Below are positions 1-10,518 of a stretch of 64,000 bases of DNA, piece after piece. The notes below the pieces were generated by a model. It did not search any database. It was not told the origin of the DNA and saw only the letters and a list, made by a program, of their open reading frames with translations. This stretch comes from a virus. Its lineage: Duplodnaviria > Caudoviricetes. The DNA is taken from the IMG/VR virus record IMGVR_UViG_3300028832_000114, positions 32,001 through 96,000 of that record; one strand, 5' to 3'. The first letter of the stretch is position 1. Each line of letters opens with the position of its first letter. A program made the position numbers and the translations under genes.

Positions 1-1316
1 GACCATAATATTAATTGCTTAATTAAAGAAACCGAATATGATTTAAATGCTGCGGAAGCCCGCCTAGAGATTGTAGATGGATTATTAAAAGCATTAGCAG
101 ATATTGATAATATAATTGCTTTTATTAAGAAATCTGAGTCAAGTGCAGCCGCACGTGATGGTTTAATTAAAGAATATAAATTTACTGAACCTCAAGCAAA
201 ATCAATTGTTGCTATGAGATTAGGTAGTTTGGCTAAACTTGAAGGTGTTGAGCTTAATACAGAAAAAGCTGATTTAATAAAAGATATTAAAAATTATAAT
301 AAAATTTTATCTTCAAAAGATAGTCAAATAGAAATTATAAAAAATAAATTAAATGAATTAGTTAAAAAATATGGTGATGATAGAAGAACTGAGTTAGCAC
401 AAATTGATATTCCAAAAGAAGATAAGGAAATTCAAGCCGTTGTTCCTGAAGATGTTGTAGTTATGTTATCTCAATCTGGAGATATTAAGCGTATTCCTAA
501 ATCAAGTTTTAGAACCCAAAGAAGAAATGGTAAAGGTGTTAAATCAGAAGATGACGCAGTATTAGCATCTATCAGAACCAACACTATTGATAATTTATTA
601 TTATTTACTAATAAAGGCAAAATGTATAAAATATTAGTTGATAAATTACCTGTTGGAACAAACGCTTCAAAAGGTCAAAATATTGCTAGTTTAGTATCAA
701 TAGAATCAGATGAAAAAGTAATGGCGGCAGCATCATTAGATAAGGTGTAGATGCAGATTATGTTGTCTTTATCACAAAACAAGGAATTGTTAAAAAGTCA
801 TTATTATCTGAATATACGGGTCTTAAAAAATCTACTGGAGCTCAAGCTATTAAGTTAAAAGATGGTGACAGTATTGCTAATGTTCTATTTATGAAAGATG
901 AAGATTTAATTTTAGTATCTAAACAAGGTATGATGATTAGATTTACTACAAGTGATATTGCCCCTATTGGAAGAGTAACCACTGGTGTAAAAGGAATTAG
1001 ATTAAATGAGGGAGATGAAATTCTAACCGGAGTTATGCTTAAAGGTGGAACACATCTAGTCCTAATTAATAAAAGTGGAACTGGTAAAAAATGTTTATTA
1101 ACAGAATTTACTCCTCAAGGTAGAGGCGGTAAAGGAGTTAAGGGTTGCGGTGAAGAATTAGCTGGTGCCGCACTGGTTAATAATGAAGATAGTTTATTAT
1201 TAATTGGAAAACCTAATAGTATATGTATTGATGCAAGTGAATTGCCAGAACAAGGTAGAACTACTATTGGTGTAAAGATAGCTAAAAATGAAATTAAAAA
1301 TGTTGTTAAACTATAA
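1..1316 (+). CDS. gyrA: DNA gyrase subunit A, C-terminal part (5'-truncated by the window edge; apparent 1-nt frameshift at ~742-744)
   Basis: Frame is open from base 1. GyrA-box-like TQRRNGKG and beta-pinwheel repeats (GRVTTGVKGI, QGRGGKGVKG). The reading continues in the -1 frame after 742 (GVDADYVVFITKQGIVKKS) into ORF 891-1316. Confidence 0.85.
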
Positions 1317-1334
1317 CAACATTTTTTATTATTC

Positions 1335-1363
1335 TTGAAAATACTGAAAAAATATTATATAAT
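1335..1363 (+). promoter_or_regulatory. sigma-A/70-type promoter upstream of ligA
   Basis: TTGAAA-17 nt-TATAAT. Confidence 0.65.
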
Positions 1364-1387
1364 ATATTTATAAGGGAAGTGATATAT

Positions 1388-3319
1388 ATGGAAAACGAAA
1401 TAAGAAATTTAATTGATAAATTAAATTATTATACAAAATTATATGATGAAGGACATCCAGCAATAACTGATCAACAATGGGATATGTTATATTTTCAATT
1501 ACAAAAAATGGAAAATGAATCTGGTATATATTTTTATGATAGTCCAACACAATCAGTTAATTATCAAGTAGTTAATAAATTAAATAAAGTAAAACATAAT
1601 CACCAAATGTTATCATTAGATAAGACAAAAGATATAAATGTAATTAAATCTTTTATTAGTGGAAAAAATTATATCGCTATGGCTAAAATGGACGGACTAA
1701 CTTGTTCACTTCACTATTTAGATGGTAAACTTATATCTGCAGAAACCCGCGGAAATGGTATTGAGGGTGAAGATATTTTACATAATGCTTTACAAGTAAA
1801 AAATATTCCTAATAAAATTAATTATAAAGAAGAATTAATAGTAGATGGCGAAATAATTTGTACTTATAAAGATTTTAAAGATTTTGAAACTGAATATAAA
1901 AATCCTAGAAATTTTGCTTCAGGAAGTATTAGATTATTAGATAGCAAAGAAAGTTCTTCTAGACATCTTACTTTTATTGCGTGGGATTGTATTAAAGGTT
2001 TTGATAAATTTGAAACATTAGCTGGAAAATTATATCAATTATCATTAATTGGTTTTACCGTTGTTCCTCAAGCACCAGAACATATAAATTTAGAAGAACA
2101 AATAAATCATATTATAGACTGGGCAAAAGAAGAAGGATATCCAATTGATGGTATTGTATTTAAATACAATAATTGCGATGAATATGAAGCTGCAGGTAAA
2201 ACTGACCATCATTTTAAAGGTGGTTTAGCATATAAATTTTATGATGAAGAGTATGAAACTCAATTAATAGATATAGAATGGAGTATGGGCAGAACTGGAG
2301 TTCTTACGCCTGTTGCTATATTTGAACCTGTCGAAATAGATGGTACTGAGGTATCAAGAGCAAGTTTACATAATATTAGTATTATTAGGGATTTATTTGG
2401 TCAAATACCTAAAAAAGGACAAAAAATATGGATATACAAAAGCAATATGATTATACCTCAAATATCAAAAGTAGAAAAATACAAAGAAACAGGAGAAGAT
2501 GATTTAAAATATCTTAATCCCCCTACCATATGTTCTATATGTGGAGAATCTACACAATTATCTGGCGATAATGATAGTATATTTTTAAGTTGCGGCAATC
2601 CACATTGTCAAGGTAAGTTTATAAACCGTTTAGACCACTTTTGTGGTAAATCCGGTTTAGATATAAGAGGGCTTTCAACGGCAACTCTCGAGAAACTTGT
2701 GAACTGGGGCTGGATTTCTAATTATGTAGATATATATAAATTAGAAAACAAGTCAAATGAATGGAAAAACAAAGCTGGTTTTGGAGAAAAGTCAGTAGAG
2801 AGGATCTTGGAAGCCATCAACAATAGTAAACATCCAACTCTTGAAGCAGTAATTGCGGCAGCGGGTATTCCTTTGATAGGACGCGCTGTTGCGAAAGAGT
2901 TGTGTAAATATATTAAAACCTATGAGGATTTTAAAAATAAGATTAACTCAGGTTTTGATTTTACTGAATATAATGGATTTGGTGAAGCTATGAAAGATGC
3001 TTTATTAAACTTTGATTACACAGAGATTGATGAAGTAGTAAATCAAATGCTTAATATTCAAACAGATATACAAAAAAATAATAGTAATAAGTTAGATGGA
3101 CTTGTATTCTGTGTTACAGGAAAAGTTCATCTATATAAAAATAGAGATGAATTAAAAGCAGATGTTGAAAATAAAGGCGGAAAAGTTGTTAGTTCAATGA
3201 GTAGCAAGGTTAATTATCTTGTTAATAATGATATAACTAGCACATCTAGTAAAAATATTGCCGCCCAACAAATGAATATTCCAATTATTACGGAAGAAGA
3301 ATTACGATTAATGTTTTAA
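1388..3319 (+). CDS. ligA: NAD-dependent DNA ligase
   Basis: KMDG adenylation motif, TRGNG, NPRNFASGS, Cys4 zinc finger and C-terminal BRCT (FCVTGK). All 8 Trp codons are TGG. Confidence 0.95.
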   Translation: MENEIRNLIDKLNYYTKLYDEGHPAITDQQWDMLYFQLQKMENESGIYFYDSPTQSVNYQVVNKLNKVKHNHQMLSLDKTKDINVIKSFISGKNYIAMAKMDGLTCSLHYLDGKLISAETRGNGIEGEDILHNALQVKNIPNKINYKEELIVDGEIICTYKDFKDFETEYKNPRNFASGSIRLLDSKESSSRHLTFIAWDCIKGFDKFETLAGKLYQLSLIGFTVVPQAPEHINLEEQINHIIDWAKEEGYPIDGIVFKYNNCDEYEAAGKTDHHFKGGLAYKFYDEEYETQLIDIEWSMGRTGVLTPVAIFEPVEIDGTEVSRASLHNISIIRDLFGQIPKKGQKIWIYKSNMIIPQISKVEKYKETGEDDLKYLNPPTICSICGESTQLSGDNDSIFLSCGNPHCQGKFINRLDHFCGKSGLDIRGLSTATLEKLVNWGWISNYVDIYKLENKSNEWKNKAGFGEKSVERILEAINNSKHPTLEAVIAAAGIPLIGRAVAKELCKYIKTYEDFKNKINSGFDFTEYNGFGEAMKDALLNFDYTEIDEVVNQMLNIQTDIQKNNSNKLDGLVFCVTGKVHLYKNRDELKADVENKGGKVVSSMSSKVNYLVNNDITSTSSKNIAAQQMNIPIITEEELRLMF

Positions 3320-3323
3320 TACA

Positions 3324-3352
3324 TTGATACTATAAAAATTTTTGTATATAAT
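3324..3352 (+). promoter_or_regulatory. sigma-A-type promoter
   Basis: TTGATA-17-TATAAT, with an ATG 7 nt downstream. Confidence 0.6.
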
Positions 3353-3358
3353 ATTAGT

Positions 3359-3550
3359 ATGAAAGATAAAGAAATTGAAGAAATAGCCAAATATTTTTAT
3401 GAATTAGAATTGCAATATCAAAGCAATCCTCAAGACCAAACTATTATTAATCGTTTAGAGGAATTGACCGAGCATCTTTCACTCGAAGATATTCTTGCAA
3501 TAAGTGATTACTTAGATGAACATTTTCATTGAAACAATAAAAATTTTTAG
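3359..3550 (+). CDS. small acidic hypothetical protein (probably leaderless)
   Basis: MKDKEIEEIAKYFYELEL... TGA at 3530 read as W, TAG at 3548-3550. Confidence 0.55.
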
Positions 3551-3557
3551 TTATAAT
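3529..3557 (+). promoter_or_regulatory. sigma-A-type promoter
   Basis: TTGAAA-17-TATAAT. Confidence 0.6.
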
Positions 3558-3604
3558 ATTCATATAAAAAAATAAAAGGTTTAAGAAAAGGAGAAAAGAA
3601 GATT

Positions 3605-3874
3605 ATGTTAAAACCAAATAGTAAATTAGTTTTTGATTATGTAAAAGCACATGGAAGCGAAAATATTACAGCTAATGATATCGCTGAAGGAACTGGATTA
3701 GCAGTTAGAAGCGTAAACGGTATCGTTACATCAGCATTCCAAAGAAAAGGATTAATGGAAAGAGTTCCTGCTGAAATCGAAATGCCAGATGGTACTCATA
3801 AAGCTATTAAGTTAATCAAACTTACTGCTGAAGGAGAAGATTTCGATCCAGAAGCTGTAGAAGAAGCTGAATAA
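3605..3874 (+). CDS. winged helix-turn-helix DNA-binding protein
   Basis: HTH-like ITANDIAEGTGLAVRSVNGIVTSAFQRKGL followed by wing IKLTAEG; strong RBS. Confidence 0.65.
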   Translation: MLKPNSKLVFDYVKAHGSENITANDIAEGTGLAVRSVNGIVTSAFQRKGLMERVPAEIEMPDGTHKAIKLIKLTAEGEDFDPEAVEEAE

Positions 3875-3893
3875 TTATAAATGGATTATTAGG

Positions 3894-3927
3894 AGGAGTT
3901 GGGTTTAACCCAGCTCCTTTTTATTTT
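3894..3927 (+). terminator. intrinsic terminator
   Basis: AGGAGTTGGGT/ACCCAGCTCCT stem followed by a T-run. Confidence 0.7.
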
Positions 3928-3938
3928 AGGAGAGAGAA

Positions 3939-4865
3939 ATGAAAGATTTTATAACTATATTTTTTGGTATAATGTGTTGTATTCTATTTGTAATATTAAT
4001 ATTTAAAAAATGAAAAATTTATGAAGTTAATAAAGATATAGAAAATTATAATGAAAATTTAAGAAGAGAAAGAGATTTAATTATTGAAGATATACACACT
4101 TTAAATAATTCAAAACTAGAAAAAAGTAAAGAATTAGAAAAATTAACTGATATAACTAAAGATATTAATGCCGCCGCCTATGACGCTTTTTCTCAATATT
4201 GTGAGTCATTAGATACTAAATATAAATTAACAGAAGAAGAGTATGATGATGCTATTGAATCATTAGAAGAAGCATATGATGAAATACAAAAAAATTTAAT
4301 GGCGGAAATAGATAATATAAAAAAAGATTTAAAGAAAATCTCTGCAACACGTGCTGCCGCAATGGAGGCTCAACTTAAAGAACAAGAGGTTAAAGATAGA
4401 CAAACATTCTATTGTCCACAAATTCCTGAAGCTGATCTTAAAGATGCTAAAACTCTACACGATATAGAATATAAATTAAACAATCCTCGTATATTGCGTA
4501 TGTTAATATGACAATCTTATTATCAAAAGCCAATGAATCAAGTATGTGCTAACGTATTAGGCGGCAATACTGCAGAAAAGTGCGGCATATATAAAATTAC
4601 AAATCAAAAAACTGATTTGGTATATATAGGTCAAGCTGTTGATATAGCCACTCGTTGGAAAAATCATGCGAAAGCCGGTCTAGGGATCGATACTCCCGCA
4701 AATAATAAACTATATAAAGCTATGCTAGATGATGGACTAGAATCATTCTCTTTTGAGGTTTTAGAAGAGTGTAGCCGCGATCAACTTAATGAAAAGGAAA
4801 GATTTTATATTCAACTTTATCAATCCGACCTATATGGTTATAATAGCCAATCTGGGAATAAATAA
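3939..4865 (+). CDS. membrane-anchored coiled-coil protein with C-terminal GIY-YIG nuclease (code 4)
   Basis: One frame through TGA at 4011 and 4509. N-terminal hydrophobic ITIFFGIMCCILFVILIF; GIYKITN...YIGQA...RW..H...E motif. Confidence 0.8.
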
Positions 4866-4871
4866 GTAGTT

Positions 4872-4900
4872 TTGATAACTATTTATTTTTTTTATATAAT
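4872..4900 (+). promoter_or_regulatory. sigma-A-type promoter
   Basis: TTGATA-17-TATAAT. Confidence 0.55.
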
Positions 4901-4948
4901 ATATATATGAAAAGAAATAAATTCTAAAACCGTGAAAAGAGTACAGAT

Positions 4949-4977
4949 TTGACATCTGTAAAATTTTTTGGTATAAT
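4949..4977 (+). promoter_or_regulatory. consensus sigma-A promoter upstream of the SSB-like gene
   Basis: TTGACA-17-TATAAT with a TGn extension; the -35 box is flanked by the inverted repeat TACAGAT/ATCTGTA. Confidence 0.8.
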
Positions 4978-5070
4978 TATTATGAGAATAATTGTAAATC
5001 ATAAAGATAAATAAAAGATTAAGATTTTAGAATTATTTGAAAAGAAAATTTAAAGAAAAGGAGAAAAAGA

Positions 5071-6006
5071 ATGAGAAAAGCACAAAACACAGAGAGAATT
5101 GAAGGTAGAATTTATCAACATGATTTAACGGTTAAGCAAGTTCAAAACCAAGCATCTGAAAATTTTGGTAAAGATTTCATAGCTGGTAATATCGAAGTTG
5201 CAACTGATGACGAAATGTTAAATGTTATCAAGGTTCACTTCACTTATGTAACTGAAACTAATAAGAATGGAGTTAAGAACGCAACTTATGCAACTTTAAA
5301 GAAAATTATTGATGAAAATAAAACTTGCGTTACAGTTGGAAAGGATACAGCAACAAAAGTTAGAATTGATACTGCATTAGCATTAAATGACTTCTATAAT
5401 AATAATGATGAGTTAGTATCTGCAAAAACAAATGAAGGCGGATTTGTAACAATCATTAATGAATTAGGAGAGCCTAAAGAAAGAAACACATTCTCAGTTG
5501 ATATGGTTATCACAGGTGTAACACATGTAGATAAAGATGATGAGAAAAATATTAAAGAACATGCATTAGTTAAAGGAGCAATCTTTAACTTCAGAAATGA
5601 TTTATTACCTGTTGAGTTTAAAGTTGAAAATGAAGCTGGTATTAAATATTTTGATGATTTAGGAGCTTCAGGTTCTGAACCAGTATACACAAGAGTTTGG
5701 GGAAAGATTATATCTGAAACTAAAACTACAACTCAAGAAGTTGAAAGTGCATTTGGTGAGGCAGCAGTTAGAACATATAGAAACACAAATAAAGAATGGG
5801 TTATCACAGGAACTGCAAAAGTACCTTATGATTTTGGTGATGAAAATATCTTAACTGCAGAAGAATTAACTAAAGCAGCTCAAAATAGAGAAGTTTATTT
5901 AGCAGATGTTAAAAAAAGAGCAGAAGAATATAAAGCTAGTCGTGCAGCAGGAACAGCTCCAGCAGCAGGAACTACAGCTACTAAAACAGCAGAATTTAAT
6001 TTTTAA
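5071..6006 (+). CDS. putative single-stranded DNA-binding protein
   Basis: Beta-rich body, flexible Ala/Thr tail ending AEFNF, located next to a recombinase-type ATPase (inference). Confidence 0.5.
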   Translation: MRKAQNTERIEGRIYQHDLTVKQVQNQASENFGKDFIAGNIEVATDDEMLNVIKVHFTYVTETNKNGVKNATYATLKKIIDENKTCVTVGKDTATKVRIDTALALNDFYNNNDELVSAKTNEGGFVTIINELGEPKERNTFSVDMVITGVTHVDKDDEKNIKEHALVKGAIFNFRNDLLPVEFKVENEAGIKYFDDLGASGSEPVYTRVWGKIISETKTTTQEVESAFGEAAVRTYRNTNKEWVITGTAKVPYDFGDENILTAEELTKAAQNREVYLADVKKRAEEYKASRAAGTAPAAGTTATKTAEFNF

Positions 6007-6018
6007 TAGGAGAACCAT

Positions 6019-7041
6019 ATGGCTATAAATTTATTGGAAATTGAACCACATAAGGTTAGCCGCGATTTAAAAGGATATTCAGTATTCTTTTATGGAGAAC
6101 CAAAGAGTGGGAAGACAACTACTGCCGCCCACTTTCCAAAAGCTCTATTACTAGCTTTTGAAAAAGGTTATAACGCAATCCCAGGAATTATGGCTCAACC
6201 TATTAATAAGTGGTCTGAATTTAAAAGTGTATTAAGAGAATTAAAAAAAGAAGAAGTAAAACAAAAATTTGAAACAATTATTATAGATACTGCGGATATT
6301 GCATATGATTATTGCACAAAATATATTTGTGATAACACTAAACGCCCAGATGGTTCATTTGGAGTAGATTCTGTAAGTGATATACCTTATGGTAAAGGTT
6401 ATGGAATGGTTGGACAAGAGTTCGACGAGTGTTTAAGAAGTATTGTTCAAATGGATTACGGTCTAGTTATTATTTCTCACGCAACTGATAAAACATTTAG
6501 AAATGAAAGTGGCGAAGAATATAATCAAATCGTTCCAACATTAGACAAAAGAGGAACAAATATAGTTTCAAGAATGGCAGATATCATTGGTTACTCTAGA
6601 ATTGTAGATACAGAAGCTGGAGAAAAAACAATGTTATTTATGAGAGGAACTAATAGATATATGGCGGGATCAAGATTTAAATATACCCCTGACTATATTG
6701 AATTTAGTTATGAAAATTTAACAAATGCTATTGCTGACGCTATTGATGCTCAAGCTAAAGAAGATGGACAACAATTCTTCACAAATGAAAAAAGCAATTT
6801 ATATTTAAAAAAGGATAACGAGTTGGATTTTGATAAATTAATGTTAGAGTTCCAAGATGTTATTAATAGAATAATTAAAAAAGCTAACTCTGAGGAAGTA
6901 TTCCAAAATGAATATACTCCAAAAATTACTCAAATTACTGATAAATATTTAGGTAGAGGAAATAAAGTTAGTCAATGTTCAAGAGAACAAGTAGAAGCAT
7001 TATCTCTAATTGTTGAAGAACTAAAAGAATTAGAAAAATAA
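6019..7041 (+). CDS. AAA_24/Sak4-like P-loop ATPase (recombination)
   Basis: Walker A YGEPKSGKTT, Walker B IIIDT, VIISHA. Confidence 0.75.
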   Translation: MAINLLEIEPHKVSRDLKGYSVFFYGEPKSGKTTTAAHFPKALLLAFEKGYNAIPGIMAQPINKWSEFKSVLRELKKEEVKQKFETIIIDTADIAYDYCTKYICDNTKRPDGSFGVDSVSDIPYGKGYGMVGQEFDECLRSIVQMDYGLVIISHATDKTFRNESGEEYNQIVPTLDKRGTNIVSRMADIIGYSRIVDTEAGEKTMLFMRGTNRYMAGSRFKYTPDYIEFSYENLTNAIADAIDAQAKEDGQQFFTNEKSNLYLKKDNELDFDKLMLEFQDVINRIIKKANSEEVFQNEYTPKITQITDKYLGRGNKVSQCSREQVEALSLIVEELKELEK

Positions 7042-7068
7042 TACAGGACGCAGATTAATGCGTCTTTT

Positions 7069-7097
7069 TTGATTTATTATAAAATAAGTAGTATAAT
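7069..7097 (+). promoter_or_regulatory. sigma-A-type promoter, preceded by a small terminator hairpin (GACGCA/TGCGTC)
   Basis: TTGATT-17-TATAAT. Confidence 0.6.
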
Positions 7098-7135
7098 ATT
7101 ATTAGATATGAATATGTTAAAGAGGAGGTGCGGAA

Positions 7136-7657
7136 ATGGCTAAACTACTCGCTAAATGTTACTATTGTAATCAGCAATTTGACAGAAACAAAGAAGAATG
7201 AGTATCTGTAAATGCAAGAAGATATGCACACAAGTCTTGTCATGAAAAAGCTCAAGCTGGTAAAAGTCAAGATGAAAAAGATTATGAAGAACTTATTAGC
7301 TATGTTAAACAAAAATTTGGCTATCAAACTATTCCCGCAAAAATCTCCAGACAAATAACAGATTATAAAAAAGCTTATAACTTTACATATAGCGGAATGT
7401 TAAAAGCATTAAAATGGTGATTTGATATTAAGGGCAATACCTTGGAGGGTACAAATGGCGGTATAGGAATTTTACCCTATATATATAATGATGCAAGAAC
7501 ATACTATTATGGTTTATACGTTGCTAAATTAGTAAATGAAAATAAAGATTTAGAGCATTATAAAACTAAAGTTGAAATTGTAGAGATTGCACCTCCACAA
7601 GTTTATGTGCAACCGCCGCGTTTATTTAATATAGAGGGAGAAGATGAAAATGAGTAA
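7136..7657 (+). CDS. zinc-binding hypothetical protein upstream of the helicase (code 4)
   Basis: RBS GAGGAGGTG; MAKLLAKCYYC...RRYAHKSC; in-frame TGA at 7199 and 7418. Confidence 0.75.
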
Positions 7658-9185
7658 GTATGTAGATATTCCAGCTATTGTTCAAGTTATAGGTAATATA
7701 TATTTGAATCCAGGATTATTAGATAATGAAAAATATAAATTTTATGAAGAAGATTTTCCTAATGAATTTCATAAAGTTATATTTGGAAGTATTTATAATT
7801 TACATGCTCTTGGAGCAAAAGAAATAAATATAAATACAATTGAAGATTATTTATATAACCGTCCAAAATCATATGGCGTGTATCAAAATAATAATGGTAA
7901 AGAATATTTACAAAAATTATCTGATACAGTTCAATTAGCAACATTTGATTATTATTATAGTCGAATGAAAAAAATGACATTATTAAGAATGTATGATAAA
8001 ACTGGACTAGATTTAAAATGGTTATATGATCCAGATAATATATTAGATAGTAAAAAGAAACAAGCACAAGAGGATTGGTTAGATAACACCTCTCTTGAAG
8101 ATATAGCCGAAAGTATAGATAAAAAAATAGTTGATATAAAATTAAAATATGTAGATGGAACAGATGAAGAATATGTTCAAGCTGGAGATGGAATCACAGA
8201 TTTGATTGAGAGATTACAGCGTAATCCTGAAGTTGGTTATCCATTATATGGACCTCTAGTTAATACAGTTACAAGAGGAGCAAGATTAAAAAAACTATAT
8301 TTAAGAAGTGCGGCAACCGGTGTAGGAAAGACAAGGGCGATGATCGCTGACGCATGTAACATAGCCTGTGATGAAATATGAAGTGCGGAAACAAATAAGT
8401 GGGAAGTTAATGGAACGAAAGAACCTACATTATTTATAACTACCGAGCAGGAAGTTGATGAAATTCAAACAATGATGTTAGCGTTCTTATCAAATGTTAA
8501 TGAAGCACATATTATATATAATAAATATGAGAACGATGAATTTGAACGCGTTATGCATGCGGCAAATCTTATTAAAAACTCACCGCTTCATATAAAGAGA
8601 TTACCTGACTTCAGTTTGCAAGATATTGAAAATGCAATAAAATATGGTATTCACGAATGGGGTATTAGATATGTATTCTTTGATTATCTACATACATCAT
8701 TAAAAATCTTAGGTGAAGTATCATCTAAGGCAGGAATAAAGGGTTTAAGAGAAGATAATGTTCTCTTTATGATAGCAATAAGATTAAAAGATTTGTGTAA
8801 TGAATATGGTGTCTTTATTATGACATCAACACAGTTAAATGCAGAGTATACAACAGCACAACAATATGACCAAAACTTATTGCGTGGTGCAAAATCTATT
8901 GCAGATAAGATTGACTACGGTGCGATTATGCTACAAACTAGTCAAGAAGATAAAGAGGCATTAAAGCCAATATTAGTTAAGCAAGGCTTCCCTGAACCAA
9001 TTATTAAAATGTCTGTTTATAAGAATAGACGAGGACAATATAAAGACATATTATTATGGTGTAAAGCAGATAGGGGTACTTGTAGAATAGAACCTATGTT
9101 TGCTACAACATATCAATATGAACTTGTTGATTTACCTGATTTAAAAATTAAGATAAATCCTAGTATGTCAGCAAGTGCATTTTAG
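7650..9185 (+). CDS. dnaB: replicative DnaB-like helicase (code 4)
   Basis: SAATGVGKT Walker A, ITTEQ, FFDY, TSTQLN, LRGAKSIADKID, KNRRG. ORFs 7644 and 8472 are joined across TGA 8379. Confidence 0.9.
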
Positions 9186-9202
9186 GAAAGGAGAGTGCGG
9201 CA

Positions 9203-10303
9203 ATGGATGATAAAGAACAATTAGAGCAAATAAAAAATAATTTATCTATTGACCAGATATTTGATTTGCTTATATCTTTAGGTGCGGATCCTGTACTTAA
9301 AGATGATATAATCATGTGCCGTACAATCTGTCATGGCGGTGATAGTCATAAATTATACTATTATGATAACACAAAACTATTCCGCTGTTATACAGAATGT
9401 AGTGATACCTTCGATGTATTTCAACTCGTGGTTAAAGTACAATCGACCGGCGGCCGCACATTCTCATTACCGAAAGCTGTCAACTATATAATTAATTATT
9501 TTAATTTAAGCGTAGAAACTAAAAATTTTCCTGATGATAAGGATAAACTATCTGATTGGCAAATTTTATACAGGTATGGCAAAAATTTAAAAGAAGAGGA
9601 TAGCGAAAGAAAAATTGAGATAAAGTTTTATGATGATAAGATTTTATCATTCTTACCGCGTCCCCGCATTTTACCATGGGAGGCTGAAGGGATTAGTAAG
9701 GAAGTTATGAATTATCATAATATATGTTATAACCCTTCGTCTCAAGCAATAGTAATTCCTCACTATGATGTTGAGGGTAGATTAGTGGGAATCAGAGAAA
9801 GAACTCTTATAAAAGAGAATGAGATCTATGGTAAATATAGACCTATGTATTTGAATAAACAAATGTATAATCACCCGCTAGGATTTAATCTATATAATCT
9901 TAATTATAGTAAAGAAAATATAAAGCAAACTAAAAAAGCAATTATATTTGAAGGTGAAAAAAGTTGTTTATTATTTCCTAGTTATTTTGGACAAGAGAAT
10001 GATATATCTGTGGCTGTATGCGGCAGCTCGTTATCTAGTTATCAAGTTCAACTATTATTAGATTTAGGAATTGAAGAAATGATTATTGCTTTTGATAAAC
10101 AGTTTCAACAACTTGGTGACAAAGAGCATCAAGGTTGGGTTAAAAAATTAAAAGATATTAATAAAAAATATAGTAAATATATAAAAATTAGTTATATTTT
10201 TGACAAAGAAAATCTTTTAGGTTATAAGGATTCTCCTATCGACCGAGGTAAGGAGGTATTCTTAGAATTATTTAATAAAAGATTTAGTTTGGAGGAGGAA
10301 TAA
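9203..10303 (+). CDS. DNA primase
   Basis: N-terminal zinc motif (ICH...CYTEC) and TOPRIM motifs IIFEGEKS and IAFD. Confidence 0.85.
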   Translation: MDDKEQLEQIKNNLSIDQIFDLLISLGADPVLKDDIIMCRTICHGGDSHKLYYYDNTKLFRCYTECSDTFDVFQLVVKVQSTGGRTFSLPKAVNYIINYFNLSVETKNFPDDKDKLSDWQILYRYGKNLKEEDSERKIEIKFYDDKILSFLPRPRILPWEAEGISKEVMNYHNICYNPSSQAIVIPHYDVEGRLVGIRERTLIKENEIYGKYRPMYLNKQMYNHPLGFNLYNLNYSKENIKQTKKAIIFEGEKSCLLFPSYFGQENDISVAVCGSSLSSYQVQLLLDLGIEEMIIAFDKQFQQLGDKEHQGWVKKLKDINKKYSKYIKISYIFDKENLLGYKDSPIDRGKEVFLELFNKRFSLEEE

Positions 10304-10307
10304 AAAT

Positions 10308-10517
10308 ATGAACGATAAACTCGAGTTATGAATAAAAACTTGAGACAACCCTACGTTTACGTTCTTTGGTTGAGTAACCGAGGCGGGACAATATTCCGCT
10401 TTAAGTCAGCTTGATGAAAATCAAGTTAAAGAAGCTATTATTATAGCTCGTGGAGCCAACGACCAAATACGTATGGTTAATTATCGAGACTATGAAAACA
10501 AAGGCAAGGTGAGATAA
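10308..10517 (+). CDS. hypothetical protein, 69 aa (code 4, three TGA)
   Basis: RBS GGAGGAGG; MNDKLELWIKTWDNPTFTFFGW...; exactly fills the primase-recJ gap. Confidence 0.65.
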
Positions 10518-10518
10518 A

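Noticed and set aside
748-750. TAG recoding (code 15)
   Set aside because: The gyrA continuation is in another frame, and TAG ends many genes cleanly (dnaB, dnaE, glyA).
4533-4865. Free-standing homing endonuclease or intron
   Set aside because: The GIY-YIG domain is the C-terminus of a longer TM protein in code 4, and no interrupted host gene flanks it.
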